Origin: Sulfuritalea sp.
Lineage (GTDB): Bacteria > Pseudomonadota > Gammaproteobacteria > Burkholderiales > Rhodocyclaceae
Reading direction: 5' to 3'
Assembly: GCF_031426875.1 (NCBI RefSeq)
Contig: NZ_JASJPC010000018.1
Coordinates: 2,428 to 66,427, forward strand
DNA: 64,000 nt
A model generated the notes under the pieces. It was not told the DNA's origin and ran no database searches. It was given only the letters and a program-made list of their open reading frames with translations. The position numbers and the translations under genes were made by a program. Numbering within the stretch: the stretch's first letter is position 1; each line of letters opens with the position of its first letter. This document shows, piece after piece, positions 1 through 10,587 of this stretch.

Positions 1-62
1 TTCGCGCAGAGGGTTTCGAGCAGCGCGTTGCGCGGCGAGGATTTTGCGGGTGTGGAGGTCAT
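1..62 (-). CDS. 5' end of an unidentified CDS running off the window (MTSTPAKSSPRNALLETLCA...)
   Basis: ATG at 62-60 preceded by GGA/AGGT SD-like sequence on minus strand; frame open to window edge; too short to identify. Confidence 0.4.
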   Translation of the reverse strand, partial: MTSTPAKSSPRNALLETLCA

Positions 63-123
63 ACCTGGAGTCCGGTTGTCAGGCCGATGTGATGAGTTGA
101 ATGGAGCGTCGGTCGGGCCGGGC

Positions 124-444
124 TCAGTGGGGTTTGTCGGGCTTGTCGGGTTTGTCGCGTTTGTCGTGATGGTCGATTGCTTCGACGACGCGGATCGAAT
201 GGATGTCCTCGACCACGATGGCTTCGCCTTCGATGACATGGCCATCGGCCGGGCGTTGTTTCATGGTCTTGCGCAGTGCGCGGGTTTTCCACCAGAACCA
301 GCCGAGGCCGACGAGGCCCGCGACGGCAAGCACGGCAAGCACGGCAAGCAGCACCAAAGAAAACATGAAGCCGACGACGAGCAGGACCACGCCGGCCAAG
401 GCGGCGAGGATACGGGTCAGCAGGCTGGATTCTCCGGGTTGCAT
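124..444 (-). CDS. Hypothetical membrane protein
   Basis: Long hydrophobic N-terminal segment, WFWWKTR, then [10 protein letters not shown]; C-terminal DKP repeats; ATG at 444 chosen over TTG at 459. Confidence 0.7.
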   Translation of the reverse strand: MQPGESSLLTRILAALAGVVLLVVGFMFSLVLLAVLAVLAVAGLVGLGWFWWKTRALRKTMKQRPADGHVIEGEAIVVEDIHSIRVVEAIDHHDKRDKPDKPDKPH

Positions 445-478
445 GGCGCTGTCAGGCAAACTTTATCATTGATGTCAT

Positions 479-1480
479 TTACGCTTTGCAGGCTGCCGCG
501 GCGATGTCGAGCGAGCGTAAGCGAAGATCCGGATCGAAGATATCGCATACCAGCATGAATTCGTCGGCGGCCGTTGCCTGCTTCAGCGCCGCCAGGCCGG
601 CGCGCACCGTCGACGGGCCGCCGATCACCGCGGCGGCGAGGAACTGGCCGATCGCGGCCCGTTCCTGCGGGTGCAAGGTCGCGATGAAATCCTTCACCGG
701 CGGCGGCAGGCAGCGCCGGTCGCCATGCAGTATGCCCAGCACGCGCTGATGGACGCTGCTGGCGAGGAAGTCGGCTTCGGCATCGGTGGCCGCGGCGATC
801 AGCGGCACGCCGATGATCACATAGGGTAGTGCGAGGCTGGCCGAGGGCCGGAACTCGCTGCGGTAGAGGGCGATGGCCTGGTGCAGCAGGCCCGGCGCGA
901 AATGCGAGGCGAAGGCGTAGGGCAGGCCGCGCTCGGCCGCCAGTTTTGCGGAAAACAGGCTGGAACCGAGCAGCCAGATCGGCACGTCGGTGCCGGCGCC
1001 GGGCATCGCGACGACGCTCTGGCCGGCTTGCGGGGCCGCCAGCAGTTGCTGCAGCTCGGCCACTTCGCGCGGGAAGTCGGCTTCGCTTTCGACCCGGTCG
1101 CGGCGCAGTGCGCGCATGGTGGTGCGGTCGGTGCCGGGGGCGCGGCCGAGGCCCAGGTCTATGCGATTCGGGTAGATTTCGGCCAGGGTGCCGAAGGCCT
1201 CGGCCACCACCAGCGGCGCATGGTTGGGCAGCATGACGCCGCCCGAGCCGACGCGCATGCGGCGGGTGCCGCCGGCGATGTAGCCGACCAGCACCGCGGT
1301 GGCGGAACTGGCGATGCCCGGCATGTTGTGATGCTCGGCCAGCCAGTAGCGCGTGAAGCCGAGCGACTCGGCATGCTGCGCGGTGCGCAGCGCGATCGCC
1401 AGCGCCTCTGCCACGCTGCCGCCCTCGCGCACGGCGACGAGGTCGAGCATGGACAGCCGGGTGTCCTCAAGAGTTGTCAT
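479..1480 (-). CDS. LLM-class flavin-dependent oxidoreductase (luciferase-like monooxygenase)
   Basis: [36 protein letters not shown] motifs; start MTTLEDTRL. Confidence 0.9.
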   Translation of the reverse strand: MTTLEDTRLSMLDLVAVREGGSVAEALAIALRTAQHAESLGFTRYWLAEHHNMPGIASSATAVLVGYIAGGTRRMRVGSGGVMLPNHAPLVVAEAFGTLAEIYPNRIDLGLGRAPGTDRTTMRALRRDRVESEADFPREVAELQQLLAAPQAGQSVVAMPGAGTDVPIWLLGSSLFSAKLAAERGLPYAFASHFAPGLLHQAIALYRSEFRPSASLALPYVIIGVPLIAAATDAEADFLASSVHQRVLGILHGDRRCLPPPVKDFIATLHPQERAAIGQFLAAAVIGGPSTVRAGLAALKQATAADEFMLVCDIFDPDLRLRSLDIAAAACKA

Positions 1481-1542
1481 GGTTGGTCGATCGCGGGGCG
1501 ATGGGTCGCTTGCTGCAGGCCGGGAATTTACACCGGATCGGA

Positions 1543-2439
1543 TCAGGCCGGCAGGTCTTCGCGCGTGACCAGGAATACCTTGCCTTCGGCATCTTCGGTA
1601 TCCAGCCAGACTGCCGGCAGATCGGGAAAGGCCGCGGTGACCAGGTCCTGGTTGTGGCCGACTTCGACCGCCAGCACGCCGCGCGGATTCAGGTGCGCGC
1701 GCGCCTCGGCGAGGATGCGGCGCACGATGTCGAGCCCGTCCGGGCCGGCGGCCAGCGCCAGCGCGGGCTCGTGGCGGTACTCGGGCGGCAGCGCCGCCAT
1801 GGCCTCGGTCGTGACGTAGGGCGGATTGCTGAGGATCAGGTCGTAGCGCTTGCCCTTGACCGCCGCGAACAGGTCGGACTCGATGGCCTTGACGCGGTCT
1901 TCCAGATGGTAGTCGGCGATGTTGCGGCAGGCCACCACCAGGGCGTCCGCCGAAATGTCGATGGCATCGACGGCGGCATTGGGGAAGCTGTGGGCCATCA
2001 GGATCGCCAGGCAGCCGGAACCGGTGCACAAGTCGAGCGCGGATGCGACGCCTTCGGGATCGTCGATCCAGGGCGCAAAACCGCTTTCGAGCAGTTCGGC
2101 GAAGTAGGAACGCGGCACGATGACGCGCTGGTCGACGTAGAAGCGGAACTGTCCGAGCCAGGCTTCCTGCACCAGATAGGCGGTGGGCAGGCGGTGCACC
2201 ACGCGCCGCTGCAGGTTGTCGAGCAGGGCCAGGCGCTCGCTGCGCGTGAGGTGGGCGTCGAGCCAGGGTTCCAGCCTGTCGTGCGGCAGGTGCAGGGTGG
2301 CCAGCACCAGCCAGACCGCCTCGTCCCAGGCGTTGGTGGTGCCGTGGCCGTAGCACAGGCCGGTTTCGTTGAAGCGGCTGACCGCCCAGCGCAGCCAGTC
2401 GCGGATCGTGACCAGTTCGTCGGTGGCGCCGTCGATCAT
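1543..2439 (-). CDS. prmB: 50S ribosomal protein L3 N(5)-glutamine methyltransferase
   Basis: [38 protein letters not shown]; overlaps dapE stop. Confidence 0.95.
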   Translation of the reverse strand: MIDGATDELVTIRDWLRWAVSRFNETGLCYGHGTTNAWDEAVWLVLATLHLPHDRLEPWLDAHLTRSERLALLDNLQRRVVHRLPTAYLVQEAWLGQFRFYVDQRVIVPRSYFAELLESGFAPWIDDPEGVASALDLCTGSGCLAILMAHSFPNAAVDAIDISADALVVACRNIADYHLEDRVKAIESDLFAAVKGKRYDLILSNPPYVTTEAMAALPPEYRHEPALALAAGPDGLDIVRRILAEARAHLNPRGVLAVEVGHNQDLVTAAFPDLPAVWLDTEDAEGKVFLVTREDLPA

Positions 2440-3587
2440 TCGGACAGGAGGCCTTCGAAAGTGAGTTCGTAGATGCGCGCCAGCGGTTCGAGATCGGCCA
2501 CCGCGATGCGTTCGTCCACCTTGTGGATGCTGGCGTTGGTCGGGCCGAACTCGACCAGTTGCGGGCAGATGTCGGCGATGAAGCGGCCGTCGGAAGTGCC
2601 GCCGGTGGTCGATAGTTCGATGGCGCCGCCGGTCACGGCCGCCGCCGCCGCGCTCAAGGCGTCGCAGAGTTCGCCGCGCGGCGTCAGGAAGGGTTTGGCG
2701 CCCAGCGTCCAGGCGATCTCGTATTCGAGCCCGTGGCGGTCGAGCAGGGCATGCACGCGGGATTGCAGGCTGTCCACGGTGCTGGCCGTGGAAAAGCGGA
2801 AGTTGAACATGATCTCGAAACTGCCGGGCACGACATTGCCGGCGCCCGTGCCGGCGTGGGCGTTGGAAATCTGGAAGCTGGTGGGCGGGAAATAGTCGTT
2901 GCCGGCGTCCCAGGTAGTTGCCGCGAGTTCGGCCAGCGCCGGTGCGGCGAGATGCACCGGATTCTTCACCAGATGCGGATAGGCGACATGGCCCTGCACG
3001 CCCTTGACGCGCAGCGTGGCCGAGAGCGAGCCGCGGCGGCCGTTCTTCATGGTGTCGCCGAGGCGGTCGACGCAGGTCGGCTCGCCGACGATGCAGAAGT
3101 CGATGATTTCGTTGCGCGCCTTGAGCGCTTCGACCACGCGCACCGTGCCGTCGACCGCATCGCCTTCCTCGTCGGAGGTCAGCAACAGCGCCAGGGAGTT
3201 GGCGCTGACGCCACGGCGCGCAATCAGGCGTTCCATGGCGACGATGGCGGCGGCGATCGAGCTTTTCATGTCGGCCGCGCCGCGACCGTAGAGCCAGCCG
3301 TCGCGCACGGTCGGCTCGAAAGGCGGCGAGGTCCATTGTTCCAGCGGGCCGGTGGGCACCACGTCGGTGTGGCCGGCAAAGCAGATCAGGCGGCCGGCGG
3401 GTTTGCCACCGGGTTTGCCACCCGCGTCGCGCCGCGCCCAGAGGTTAGAGACGCCGCCGGCATCGATGCGTTCGATGTGAAAACCCAGCCGGATCAGCCA
3501 GGAGGCGATCAGGTCGAGGCAGCCGGCATCGTCGGGCGTCACCGACGGGCGCGCGATCAGCGCCCTGGCTTTTTCCAGGACCGGCAT
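2436..3587 (-). CDS. dapE: Succinyl-diaminopimelate desuccinylase
   Basis: [50 protein letters not shown]. Confidence 0.95.
   Translation of the reverse strand: MPVLEKARALIARPSVTPDDAGCLDLIASWLIRLGFHIERIDAGGVSNLWARRDAGGKPGGKPAGRLICFAGHTDVVPTGPLEQWTSPPFEPTVRDGWLYGRGAADMKSSIAAAIVAMERLIARRGVSANSLALLLTSDEEGDAVDGTVRVVEALKARNEIIDFCIVGEPTCVDRLGDTMKNGRRGSLSATLRVKGVQGHVAYPHLVKNPVHLAAPALAELAATTWDAGNDYFPPTSFQISNAHAGTGAGNVVPGSFEIMFNFRFSTASTVDSLQSRVHALLDRHGLEYEIAWTLGAKPFLTPRGELCDALSAAAAAVTGGAIELSTTGGTSDGRFIADICPQLVEFGPTNASIHKVDERIAVADLEPLARIYELTFEGLLSE
3196..3218 (+). repeat. 23-bp motif copy inside dapE (antisense)
   Basis: GAGTTGGCGCTGACGCCACGGCG. Confidence 0.8.
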
Positions 3588-4777
3588 CAGGCGTCCATGT
3601 TCAGCTTGAAGTCGCTGAAGGATCCGGGCGCGACGGACTTGGTGTAATCGGGGGCCGCGGACGGGTCGGGCTGCGCCGCCGGGGCCGCGGCTGCAGCGGC
3701 GCCGGCCGCCGCCGGGGCTGCGGCGTTGTTGATCACCTGCTGCAGGTTGTTGGCCGAATCGGCGTTGTTCAGCGCTTCTTCGAGCGTGATGACGCCGGTG
3801 CTGTAGAGCGTGAACAGGCACTGCTCGAAGGTCTGGCTGCCGGGCACCATGGACTTTTCCATGGCGTCCTTGATTTCGCCGAGGTCGCCCTTTTCGATCA
3901 GTTCGGCGATGTAGCGCGAATTGAGCAGCACTTCGACGGCCGGCGCGCGGCCGCCGTCGGGCTTCTTCACCAGGCGCTGCGAGATCACGCATTTCAGCGT
4001 GACGCCGAGGTCGGAGAGCAGGGCCGGGCGGTTTTCCAGCGGATAGAAGCTGATGATGCGGCTCATCGCGTGGTAGCTGTTGTTGGCGTGCAGCGTGGCC
4101 ATGCACAGGTGGCCGGATTGGGCGTAGGCGATGGCCTGGCTCATGGTGTCCTTGTCGCGGATCTCGCCGATGAAAATGACGTCGGGCGCCTGGCGCAGCG
4201 CGTTCTTCAGCGCGATGTGGAAGGCCTTGGTGTCGGAGCCGACCTCGCGCTGATTGACGATGGATTTCTTGTTCTGGAAGATGAACTCGACCGGGTCTTC
4301 CAGCGTCAGGATGTGGCCCGACTTGCGCGCGTTGCGGTAGTCGATCATCGAGGTCAGGGTGGTCGACTTGCCCGAGCCGGTGGCGCCGACCATCAGGATC
4401 AGGCCGCGCTTTTCCATGATGACTTCCTTGAGCACTTCGGGCAGCTGGAGCGAGTCGAAATCCGGAATGTCGCCGGGGATGTAGCGCACCACGATGGCCG
4501 GCGAACCTTTCTGGCGGAAACAGGACAGACGGAAGTTGCCGGTGCCGGGCATGTTGTAGGCGCCGTTGAATTCCAGTTCCTCGAGAAACTCGTTCATCTG
4601 CTTCTCGGTCAGAACCTCGCCGAACAGCGTCATGATGGTCGCCGCATCCATGATCGTCTGGTTGATCGGCACCGAATTGCCGTTGATCTTGATGTGGATC
4701 GGCGAACCGACGGAGACGAACAGGTCCGAAGCCTTCTTCTCCGCCATCAACTGGAACAGTCTCTGCATCGTGCCCAT
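3587..4777 (-). CDS. pilU: PilT/PilU-family type IVa pilus ATPase (PilU-like)
   Basis: Walker [32 protein letters not shown], His-box TLHANN. Confidence 0.85.
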   Translation of the reverse strand: MGTMQRLFQLMAEKKASDLFVSVGSPIHIKINGNSVPINQTIMDAATIMTLFGEVLTEKQMNEFLEELEFNGAYNMPGTGNFRLSCFRQKGSPAIVVRYIPGDIPDFDSLQLPEVLKEVIMEKRGLILMVGATGSGKSTTLTSMIDYRNARKSGHILTLEDPVEFIFQNKKSIVNQREVGSDTKAFHIALKNALRQAPDVIFIGEIRDKDTMSQAIAYAQSGHLCMATLHANNSYHAMSRIISFYPLENRPALLSDLGVTLKCVISQRLVKKPDGGRAPAVEVLLNSRYIAELIEKGDLGEIKDAMEKSMVPGSQTFEQCLFTLYSTGVITLEEALNNADSANNLQQVINNAAAPAAAGAAAAAAPAAQPDPSAAPDYTKSVAPGSFSDFKLNMDA

Positions 4778-4804
4778 GCTGGTCTCCTCCGGGGATTGCC
4801 TGCG

Positions 4805-5623
4805 TCAGTCGCGCAGCAGTTCGTTGATGCCGGTCTTGGCCCGTGTCTGCGCATCGACCCGCTTGACGATGACGGCGCAATACAGGCTGTACTTGCCGTC
4901 GGCCGAGGGCAGGTTGCCGCTGACCACCACGGAGCCTTCCGGAATGCGGCCGTAGATCACTTCGCCGCTGGCGCGATCGTAGATCTTGGTGCTCTGGCCA
5001 ATATACACGCCCATCGAGATTACGCAGTTGTCCTCGACGATGACGCCTTCGACGACTTCCGAGCGGGCGCCGATGAAGCAGTTGTCGCCGATGATGGTCG
5101 GGTTGGCCTGCAGCGGTTCCAGCACGCCGCCGATGCCGACGCCGCCCGACAGATGCACGTTCTTGCCGATCTGCGCGCAGGAGCCGACGGTGGACCAGCC
5201 GTCGACCATGGTGCCTTCGCCGACATAGGCGCCGATGTTCACGAAGCTCGGCATCAGCACCACGTTCTTGCCGATGAAACTGCCGCGCCGCGCGATGGCG
5301 CCGGGCACGACGCGGAAGCCGCCGTTGGCGAAGTCGTGGGCCGCGTAGTTGCTGAACTTGTTCGGCACCTTGTCGTAATAGCGCATCGGGCCGGCTTCGG
5401 TCACGGCATTGTCTTCGAGGCGGAAGGAGAGCAGCACGGCCTTCTTGATCCACTGGTGGGTGGTCCATTGGCCGTCGATCTTTTCGGCGACGCGCAGGGA
5501 GCCTGAGTCGAGCTCGCCGATGACGTGGGCGACGGCGTCGCCGATGCGCGCCGGAGCGGCGCCGGGGCTCAGGCTGGCGCGGTCTTCCCACGCCTGTTCG
5601 ATGATTTGCTGAAGTTCGGTCAT
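4805..5623 (-). CDS. dapD: 2,3,4,5-tetrahydropyridine-2,6-dicarboxylate N-succinyltransferase
   Basis: [29 protein letters not shown] hexapeptide region, [10 protein letters not shown]. Confidence 0.97.
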   Translation of the reverse strand: MTELQQIIEQAWEDRASLSPGAAPARIGDAVAHVIGELDSGSLRVAEKIDGQWTTHQWIKKAVLLSFRLEDNAVTEAGPMRYYDKVPNKFSNYAAHDFANGGFRVVPGAIARRGSFIGKNVVLMPSFVNIGAYVGEGTMVDGWSTVGSCAQIGKNVHLSGGVGIGGVLEPLQANPTIIGDNCFIGARSEVVEGVIVEDNCVISMGVYIGQSTKIYDRASGEVIYGRIPEGSVVVSGNLPSADGKYSLYCAVIVKRVDAQTRAKTGINELLRD

Positions 5624-5634
5624 GGCGGCTTCTT

Positions 5635-6840
5635 TCAGAGAGATAGACAAAAATCGTTGATGCGGCGCGCGGCTTCGAGGCATTCCTGGTGCGGTGCGAC
5701 CAGCGCGATGCGGATGAAGTCGGCGCCCGGATTGATGCCGTTCGCTTCGCGCGCGAGGTAGCTGCCCGGCAGCACCACGACGTTCTTCTGGCGCAGCAGT
5801 TCGCGGGCGAATTCGGTGTCGGCGATCGGAGTCCTGGCCCAGAGGTAGAAGCCGGCATCCGGCACGCGGCAATCCAGGTGGCGGGCGATCAGCGGCGTGA
5901 CTTCATGGAATTTTTCGGCATACATGCGGCGGTTGTCGCGCACGTGGGCCTCGTCGCCCCAGGCGGCGATGCTGGCGGCCTGGACCGCCGGGTTCATGGC
6001 GCCGCCGTGGTAAGTGCGATAGAGCAGGAACTGCTTGAGCACGGCGGCATCGCCGGCGACGAAGCCCGAGCGCAGTCCCGGCACGTTGGAACGCTTGGAA
6101 AGGCTGGAGAAGGCGACGAGGTTGCGGTAGTCGGCGCGGCCCAGTTGCGCGGCGGCGGTGAGGCTGCCCAGGGGCGGCCGGCTTTCGTCGAAATAGATTT
6201 CCGAGTAGCACTCGTCCGAGGCGATGACGAAGCCATGACGGTCGGACAGCTCGAACAGGGCTTTCCAGGCGGCCAGGTCCATCACCTTGCCGGTTGGGTT
6301 GGCCGGCGAACAGACATAGACCAGTTGCACCTCGCGCCAGGTGCTCTGCGGCAGCGAGGCCCAGTCCATGTCGAAATCATTGTGCGGCAAGGTGTTGAGG
6401 TAGATGGGCTCGGCGCCGGCGAGCAGCGCGGCGCCTTCGTAGATCTGGTAGAAGGGATTGGGGCAGACCACCTTGGCGCCGCCGTTGCCACGATGGCGGC
6501 TGCGGTCGATGACGGTCTGGGCGAAGGCAAACAACGCTTCGCGCGAGCCATTCACCGGCACCACCTGGGTCGCCGCATCGGGTGCCGGCACGCCGTAGCG
6601 GCGTGCGATCCAGCCGGCGATGGCCTGGCGCAGCGCCTCCGAACCCTGCGTAGTCGGATAGTTGGCGAGCCCGGCGAGGTTGTCCGCCAGCGCGCGCTGG
6701 ATGAAAGGCGGCGTCGGATGCTGCGGCTCGCCGATCGACAGCTTGATCTCGCCGAGAGTTGGCGCTGGCGACACGCCGGCAAACAGCTGGCGCAGCTTTT
6801 CGAAGGGATAGGGCTGCAGGCGGGCGAGATCGGGATTCAC
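5635..6840 (-). CDS. dapC: Succinyldiaminopimelate transaminase
   Basis: GTG start, [38 protein letters not shown] (PLP lysine); first gene of dap operon. Confidence 0.92.
   Translation of the reverse strand: MNPDLARLQPYPFEKLRQLFAGVSPAPTLGEIKLSIGEPQHPTPPFIQRALADNLAGLANYPTTQGSEALRQAIAGWIARRYGVPAPDAATQVVPVNGSREALFAFAQTVIDRSRHRGNGGAKVVCPNPFYQIYEGAALLAGAEPIYLNTLPHNDFDMDWASLPQSTWREVQLVYVCSPANPTGKVMDLAAWKALFELSDRHGFVIASDECYSEIYFDESRPPLGSLTAAAQLGRADYRNLVAFSSLSKRSNVPGLRSGFVAGDAAVLKQFLLYRTYHGGAMNPAVQAASIAAWGDEAHVRDNRRMYAEKFHEVTPLIARHLDCRVPDAGFYLWARTPIADTEFARELLRQKNVVVLPGSYLAREANGINPGADFIRIALVAPHQECLEAARRINDFCLSL
6756..6778 (+). repeat. 23-bp motif copy inside dapC (antisense)
   Basis: GAGTTGGCGCTGGCGACACGCCG. 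Confidence 0.8.
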
Positions 6841-6972
6841 GGAGCGGCGCGGGAGGGACGGAAAGGACGGCATTATACGAGAGCCCATAGTCGGGCGACG
6901 GGCCGGGACGGCTGGTCGATGCCGGCAGATTTCCGGTACATTCGCATTTCTGCAGCGCCTGAGGAGACAAGC

Positions 6973-7644
6973 ATGGGACAGATGATCGAATTCAAGCGGC
7001 CGGACGGCAGCGTCTGCGGCGGCTACCTGGCCGGCGCCGGCCAGGGTCGCCCCGGGGTGGTGGTGATCCAGGAATGGTGGGGACTCAATGACCAGATCTG
7101 CGGCGTTGCCGACCGCTTCGCGCGTGCCGGTTACAACGCGCTGGCGCCCGACTTGTTCAAGGGCCGCGTCACCCAGGAGCCCGACGAGGCCAGCCACCTG
7201 ATGAGCGGCCTGGATTTTCCCGGCGCCACGCATCAGGACATCCGCGGTGCGGTGGACCATCTGCGCGGCATGGACGGCAACGCCAAGGTCGCCGTGATGG
7301 GCTTCTGCATGGGCGGCGCGCTGACCATCGCGGCGGCCGTGCATGTGCCGAATGTTTCGGCCGCCGTGTGCTTCTACGGCATCCCGCCCAAGGAATTCGC
7401 CGATGCGGCGGATATCCGCATTCCGTTCCAGGGGCATTTCGCCAGCAAGGACGACTGGTGCACCCCGGCCGCCGTCGGTGCGCTGGAGGCCGCGATGCGC
7501 GCCAGGGGCGCGATGCCGGACCTGTATCGCTACGAAGCCGACCATGCCTTCTTCAACGAGCGGCGCGGCGAGGTCTACGACGCGGCCTGCGCCAACCAGG
7601 CCTGGAGTCGCACGCTGGCCTTCCTGGCCGGGGCCCTGGGCTGA
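6973..7644 (+). CDS. Dienelactone hydrolase family protein
   Basis: IQEWWGL, GFCMGG nucleophile, YEADHAFFN; RBS GAGGAG. Confidence 0.9.
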   Translation: MGQMIEFKRPDGSVCGGYLAGAGQGRPGVVVIQEWWGLNDQICGVADRFARAGYNALAPDLFKGRVTQEPDEASHLMSGLDFPGATHQDIRGAVDHLRGMDGNAKVAVMGFCMGGALTIAAAVHVPNVSAAVCFYGIPPKEFADAADIRIPFQGHFASKDDWCTPAAVGALEAAMRARGAMPDLYRYEADHAFFNERRGEVYDAACANQAWSRTLAFLAGALG

Positions 7645-7647
7645 TCC

Positions 7648-8100
7648 ATGCCGACACCCGAACTGACACCCGCCGACTGGGTGAATATCAGCCTCACCGA
7701 GGCCTTGCTGGCGCGCGACGGTCCGCCGCTCTACGTCGCCGCCAAGCTCGGCTGCCTTGCCGCGGTGAAAGTGATGTGCGAGGCCGGCACCAACGTCGAG
7801 GTGCTCGGTCCGAACAAGCAGCGCCCGCTGCACGCGGCGGCGGCCGGCGGCCACGAGAGCATCGCGGCGACCCTGGTCAGCGCCGGCTGTGATGTCGATG
7901 CCCAGGACGAGGACGGCAACACGCCGCTGATCACGGCGATACTCAATGGTCATGCCGCGCCGGTCGAATTGCTGCTGGCGGTCGGCGCCGATATCGAGAT
8001 CGCGCGGCTCGACGGCCTCACCGCGATCCACATGGCGCAACTGCCGGGCACGCCGAAAGTCATCTACGAGTTGATCATGCTCGGCCAGGAGGAGATCTGA
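7648..8100 (+). CDS. Ankyrin-repeat protein
   Basis: PLHAAAAGGH, GNTPLITAILNGH, GLTAIHMA ankyrin consensus repeats. Confidence 0.85.
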   Translation: MPTPELTPADWVNISLTEALLARDGPPLYVAAKLGCLAAVKVMCEAGTNVEVLGPNKQRPLHAAAAGGHESIAATLVSAGCDVDAQDEDGNTPLITAILNGHAAPVELLLAVGADIEIARLDGLTAIHMAQLPGTPKVIYELIMLGQEEI

Positions 8101-8116
8101 AGCGCAAGGCTCCGGC

Positions 8117-8596
8117 ATGAAGCTCTACCTGGCGGGGCCGGACGTGTTCCGGCCTGACGCAGTGGCCTGGGCCGCGCAGGTGCGCGCGCTGTGCCGCGAG
8201 CAAGGTCACGAAGCCCTGGTGCCGCTGGACGAAGCGCGTGGCACGGCGCTCGACATCTATCGCAGCAACCTGCGGCAGATAGTCGCGGCTGATGCGGTGC
8301 TGGCCAACCTCAATCCGTTTCGCGGCGCCGAGCCGGATTCCGGCACCTGCGTCGAAATCGGCTATGCGCTGGCGCTGGGCAAGCCGGTGATCGGCTACCT
8401 GGATGCGCTGGTTCCGCTGCGCGAGCGGCTGCAGGCAGTTGGCGCGGACAGCGACTACCGCGATGCCGCCGGCTGGGCCGTGGAGAATTTCGGCCTGCCG
8501 CTCAACCTGATGCTGGCGGTGCCGGTGCAGTTGGTGCAGGGCGGGCTGGAAGCGGCGCTGGCGACGCTGCGCGAAACCGTGGAGCGCGAACCGTAG
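8117..8596 (+). CDS. Nucleoside 2-deoxyribosyltransferase family protein
   Basis: MKLYLAGPDVF, ADAVLANL.PFRG.EPDSGT.VEIGYA.ALGKP, ENFGLPLNLML. Confidence 0.88.
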   Translation: MKLYLAGPDVFRPDAVAWAAQVRALCREQGHEALVPLDEARGTALDIYRSNLRQIVAADAVLANLNPFRGAEPDSGTCVEIGYALALGKPVIGYLDALVPLRERLQAVGADSDYRDAAGWAVENFGLPLNLMLAVPVQLVQGGLEAALATLRETVEREP

Positions 8597-8658
8597 GGCG
8601 GGCTGTAGGGCGGGCTTCAGCCCGCCATCCACCCTTGGCCGACTGAAGTCGGCCCTAC
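8593..8658. repeat. GTAG-family REP doublet (REP-B) preceded by a partial 5' REP copy
   Basis: GTAGGGCGGGCT + GTAGGGCGGGCTTCAGCCCGCC (8605-8626) and inverted GGCCGACTGAAGTCGGCCCTAC (8637-8658). Confidence 0.85.
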
Positions 8659-8659
8659 A

Positions 8660-8726
8660 GCGATAAGCCGTTGTCGCGAGCAAGCTCGCTCCTGCATCCA
8701 TCGGTTTCAACATGTCTGCGTACTAG
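8660..8726. mobile_element. Right half of the CTAG-flanked MITE-like element
   Basis: Near-identical to the right half of 13913-14033; ends in CTAG overlapping the yaeQ stop. Confidence 0.7.
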
Positions 8727-9274
8727 CGGGTCTTCGGCGCCATGCGGATTTCCGGCACGATGCGGGTGTTTTCGCCATCGACGATCAGCCAGAGTTCGGC
8801 TTCCTGCAGCGTGCATTGCAGCTGCATGCCGCGCTCGGCCAGGGCCGCCAGCGCGCGGCTGTCCTCGGTCGAAAGATTGATCACCGTGAGCTTGTCCTGG
8901 CGTTGCAGGGCGGCCTGGTTCTGCTGCCACCACATATCGGCGACGCGCCCGCCGTAAGTCAGCACCACCACCTGCTGCGAGCGCCCGCAGGCACGGCGGA
9001 CGCGCTTTTCGTCGGGCAGGCCGACGTCGATCCAGAGTTCGATGGCGCCGGTCAGGTCCTTGCGCCACAAGTCGGGCTCGTCCTCGGACGACAGGCCCTT
9101 GCCGAAAACCAGCGCCGGATCGGCGTGCAGGGCGAAGGCCAGCACCCGCACCATCATCCTTTCGTCGGTTTCCGACGGATGGCGGGCGACGGTCAGCGTG
9201 TGGTTCTGGTAATAGTTGCGGTCGAGATCGGCGATCTGCAGTTCGACCTTGAAGATGGTGGATTTGAGGGCCAT
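8723..9274 (-). CDS. yaeQ: YaeQ family protein
   Basis: MALKSTIFK, LTVARHPSETDERMMVR, GLSSEDEPDLW, LWIDVGLPD. Confidence 0.93.
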   Translation of the reverse strand: MALKSTIFKVELQIADLDRNYYQNHTLTVARHPSETDERMMVRVLAFALHADPALVFGKGLSSEDEPDLWRKDLTGAIELWIDVGLPDEKRVRRACGRSQQVVVLTYGGRVADMWWQQNQAALQRQDKLTVINLSTEDSRALAALAERGMQLQCTLQEAELWLIVDGENTRIVPEIRMAPKTR

Positions 9275-9334
9275 GGCGCGCTGCTGAAACGGCGCCACAT
9301 TAAACTACAGAACGGTCGGCATGGAGGCAAGAAA

Positions 9335-10213
9335 ATGGTGGCACGCAGGGTAGCGGTGATCGGTGTTGCCAGCGGCTACGGCGCCGGCGATCCGGCTTGC
9401 CAGGACGGATCGGAGGTGATCCGCGCGCTGCGCTTCCTGTCCGATCTCGAAGCGGTCGACGCCGGGCTGTACTGGGACGAGCCGATCCGGCTGGCGCTGC
9501 CAGGTCCTGCCGACGCGCTGGATGCCGTGGAAAACATTGCCGGCCAGCTCGCGGATCGCGTCGGGCAACACCTGGAGCAGGGCGATTTCCCGCTGGTGAT
9601 CGGCGGCGACCATTCCTGCGCCATCGGCACCTGGTCGGGCGTCAAGCGCGCACTGGGCGCGTCGGCACGGCTCGGCCTGATCTGGATCGACGCCCACATG
9701 GACAGCCACACCATGGCGACCAGCGCGACCCGGCATATACACGGCATGCCGCTGGCCAGCCTGCTGGGCCAGGGCGATCCGCGCCTGAGCGGAGTGGCCG
9801 GCGCAGGCGCGAAGCTGTTGCCCGAAGATGTCTGCCTGATCGGCGTGCGCAGCTTCGAAGCGGAGGAGGTGATCCTGCTGCGGCAACTCGGCGTGCGCGT
9901 CTATTTCATGCACGAGGTGCGGCGTCGAGGCTTGTCCGAGGTGTTCGCCGAGGCCTTGTGCCGGGTCGCCGCGCACACCCGGGGCTATGGCATCAGCATC
10001 GATCTGGATGCGCTCGATCCGGCTGAGGGGCCGGGCGTCGGCACCCCGGTTCCCGGCGGCCTGCTGCGGGCCGACATGACCGATGCCCTGGCGCTGGCAC
10101 AGGGCGATGAGCGCTTGCTGGCAGTGGAAATCGTCGAATACAACCCCTATCGCGACGAGCACTTCGTCACCGCCCGCGCCATCCACGACCTGTGCCGGTC
10201 GCTGATCCCCTAG
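9335..10213 (+). CDS. Arginase (ureohydrolase family)
   Basis: GGDHS, WIDAHMD, HGMP, SIDLDALDP, EIVEYNP metal-binding motifs intact. Confidence 0.88.
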   Translation: MVARRVAVIGVASGYGAGDPACQDGSEVIRALRFLSDLEAVDAGLYWDEPIRLALPGPADALDAVENIAGQLADRVGQHLEQGDFPLVIGGDHSCAIGTWSGVKRALGASARLGLIWIDAHMDSHTMATSATRHIHGMPLASLLGQGDPRLSGVAGAGAKLLPEDVCLIGVRSFEAEEVILLRQLGVRVYFMHEVRRRGLSEVFAEALCRVAAHTRGYGISIDLDALDPAEGPGVGTPVPGGLLRADMTDALALAQGDERLLAVEIVEYNPYRDEHFVTARAIHDLCRSLIP

Positions 10214-10235
10214 CGGCGGCCGGCCGGGCCTGCCG

Positions 10236-10370
10236 CTACTTCTTGATCGGGGTCGGTATCGACGACTTGCCCTGGGCGCCGCCGAAAGGCAGTGCCGGCG
10301 TGGCGGGTTTGGTCTTGTCCTGCTTGGGCTTTTTCTGCTCGCGATTGCTGCGCATTTGTCCCTTGGCCAT
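10236..10370 (-). CDS. Small basic protein, 44 aa (MAKGQMRSNREQKKPKQDK...)
   Basis: Strong RBS CAGGAGAATCAA-ATG; N-terminus resembles a small Lys-rich proteobacterial hypothetical family as I recall it. Confidence 0.7.
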   Translation of the reverse strand: MAKGQMRSNREQKKPKQDKTKPATPALPFGGAQGKSSIPTPIKK

Positions 10371-10553
10371 TTGATTCTCCTGAAAGTATGAATAATGCAT
10401 TGCGTGGGGCCGGGTATGCAGTACCGACCGGGCGGAAGAATTGCCGGGCCGGTGATCTGCAATCCTGCGGTGGGGGCCGGCGGGCTGTTGTGGATGGTAC
10501 TCCCAAACGGCGCGGGCCGTAGCCGGCGCGGCCGTGAATATTCGCACACCGAT

Positions 10554-10582
10554 TTGACTTTGCGCGCGACGAGGCATACAGT
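10554..10582 (+). promoter_or_regulatory. Sigma70-type promoter
   Basis: TTGACT-17 nt-TACAGT. Confidence 0.65.
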
Positions 10583-10587
10583 GAATT

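Noticed and set aside
125-170. 9-bp tandem repeat (DKP)n at the end of the first membrane protein
   Set aside because: Short low-complexity tail with no evidence of function.
3587-4777. Pilus ATPase inside a lysine biosynthesis operon
   Set aside because: As I recall, dapD-pilU-dapE synteny is common in several betaproteobacterial lineages, so it is not novel.
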